Of a DNA stretch of 64,000 nucleotides, positions 63,043 through 64,000 are shown one piece after another (within the stretch, counting starts at the first letter, position 1; every line of letters starts with the position of its first letter). The stretch covers positions 62,001 to 126,000 of the forward strand of contig AP024666.1 in NCBI GenBank assembly GCA_024346625.1, given 5' to 3'. The stretch comes from Williopsis jadinii (taxonomy: Eukaryota). The position numbers and the translations under genes are program-made. Under the pieces are notes generated by a model. That model searched no databases. It was given only the letters and a program-made list of their open reading frames with translations, and was not told the origin of the DNA.

Positions 63043-64000
63043 TTAGACTATTCCTAATGGCCAACCTATTGGTCTCGAAACTGCAACTTTGACGTTCAAC
63101 TCTTCTGCCCACTCCCAGACCAATGAAGGTTTCTTCAAAAATGGGGAGCCTATGAAGACGACATCTGCATCCTCATTAGTTATAATGTCGTTGGCCAGCC
63201 ATGCACTGTTGATTCTACCAACGGTCGATACCAAGATCTTTAAGCTCTTTTCCTTGACGTAATGCTTCACAGCTCTTGCAAGTGGAACGTGATATCCAGG
63301 AGAATGGGCAATCTTGATCTGATTACTGTCAATTCCACCGCTTGAAACGTCAACGAGGTCAACCCCGTGCTTGTCCAATGCCTCTACAAGCGATAGCGTG
63401 TCATTCATGTGCCATGCATCTGGATTGTTACTCCATTCCTCTGCGGAGATTCTCACAAACAGTGGGTGTTCATTGTCTTTAACTGCATCACAAATCTCCA
63501 ATAGGAATCTCATTCTGTTTTCCAAGGGGCCACCATACTCATCTGTTCTCTTATTCGAAGCAGCACTTAAGAAGCAGTTGACAAGATAACCATGTGCAGC
63601 CTGAATCTCTACAAAGTCAAAGCCTGCAATTTTGATAGCCCTATCTCTTGCCTCTTTGTACTTTTTGACAAGGTTTTTGATATCTTCTTTCGTCATTTCC
63701 CTTGGTACCGGGTACCCATCTTGTTCGCTGTATGATATAGCACTTGCTGAGATGATCTTTTCAGGTTGATCTGCCCACCCACCAGCTTCTTTCCCTATTG
63801 CTGTCAATGCCTTAGACGTGTGCAATGCCCATGTCGATGATTTCCTACCACCATGGCTTAACTGAACACCTATCTTCCCTCCTTGACTATGGACGAAATC
63901 AACCACTGGTTTCCATCCCAGGGCCTGGGAATCTGTTTCCAGTGCCAACTCCTCTGGTGAACACCGTCCATCTTCCGTGACAGCCACTGCCTCGGCGACT
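63043..64000 (-). CDS. Old yellow enzyme family NADH:flavin oxidoreductase (YqjM-like); 5' end outside the window
   Basis: GVQLSHGGRK, GFDFVEIQAAHGYLVNCFLS..SNKRTDEYGG and DVSSGG motifs; the frame is open to the window edge. Confidence 0.92.
   Translation of the reverse strand, partial: VAEAVAVTEDGRCSPEELALETDSQALGWKPVVDFVHSQGGKIGVQLSHGGRKSSTWALHTSKALTAIGKEAGGWADQPEKIISASAISYSEQDGYPVPREMTKEDIKNLVKKYKEARDRAIKIAGFDFVEIQAAHGYLVNCFLSAASNKRTDEYGGPLENRMRFLLEICDAVKDNEHPLFVRISAEEWSNNPDAWHMNDTLSLVEALDKHGVDLVDVSSGGIDSNQIKIAHSPGYHVPLARAVKHYVKEKSLKILVSTVGRINSAWLANDIITNEDADVVFIGSPFLKKPSLVWEWAEELNVKVAVSRPIGWPLGIV

Overview
A gene-dense chromosomal segment from a budding yeast. The Ura3 protein matches, from memory, that of Cyberlindnera jadinii (Candida utilis), so the source is probably that species or a close relative. 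CTG encodes conserved Leu residues, so the code is standard. The first ~46 kb is core genome with extensive microsynteny to S. cerevisiae: YSC84-YSC83, RAV1-PET191-RAD26/CPR7, ProRS-DED81-ARG4, URA3-TIM9-PXP1-MMS21-EAF5 and SLM5-NPP1, followed by HIS2, two tandem phospholipase B genes and VTI1. Three genes (YSC84, PET191, VTI1) have introns that the ORF track misses. The most notable region is a ~10 kb block between VTI1 and the YMR196W homologue, which are direct convergent neighbours in S. cerevisiae. It holds (i) a chimeric gene in which a decayed GH3 beta-glucosidase N-terminus is fused in frame to a Zn2Cys6 transcription factor, (ii) a fructosyl-amino-acid oxidase (amadoriase)-family gene and (iii) an OPT oligopeptide transporter sharing a GATA-rich divergent promoter with the oxidase. 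This is a candidate cluster for using glycated amino acids or peptides as nitrogen. Other points of interest are an Eaf5 that keeps a bromodomain (BRD8-like), adjacent RAD28 and RAD26 (CSA-CSB), an animal-type GAD/CSAD-like decarboxylase, a recurrent Rap1/telomere-like promoter motif and a 21-bp minisatellite just upstream of PXP1. I found no tRNA, rRNA, CRISPR or transposon. All family assignments come from recognising the sequences by eye; no searches were run.
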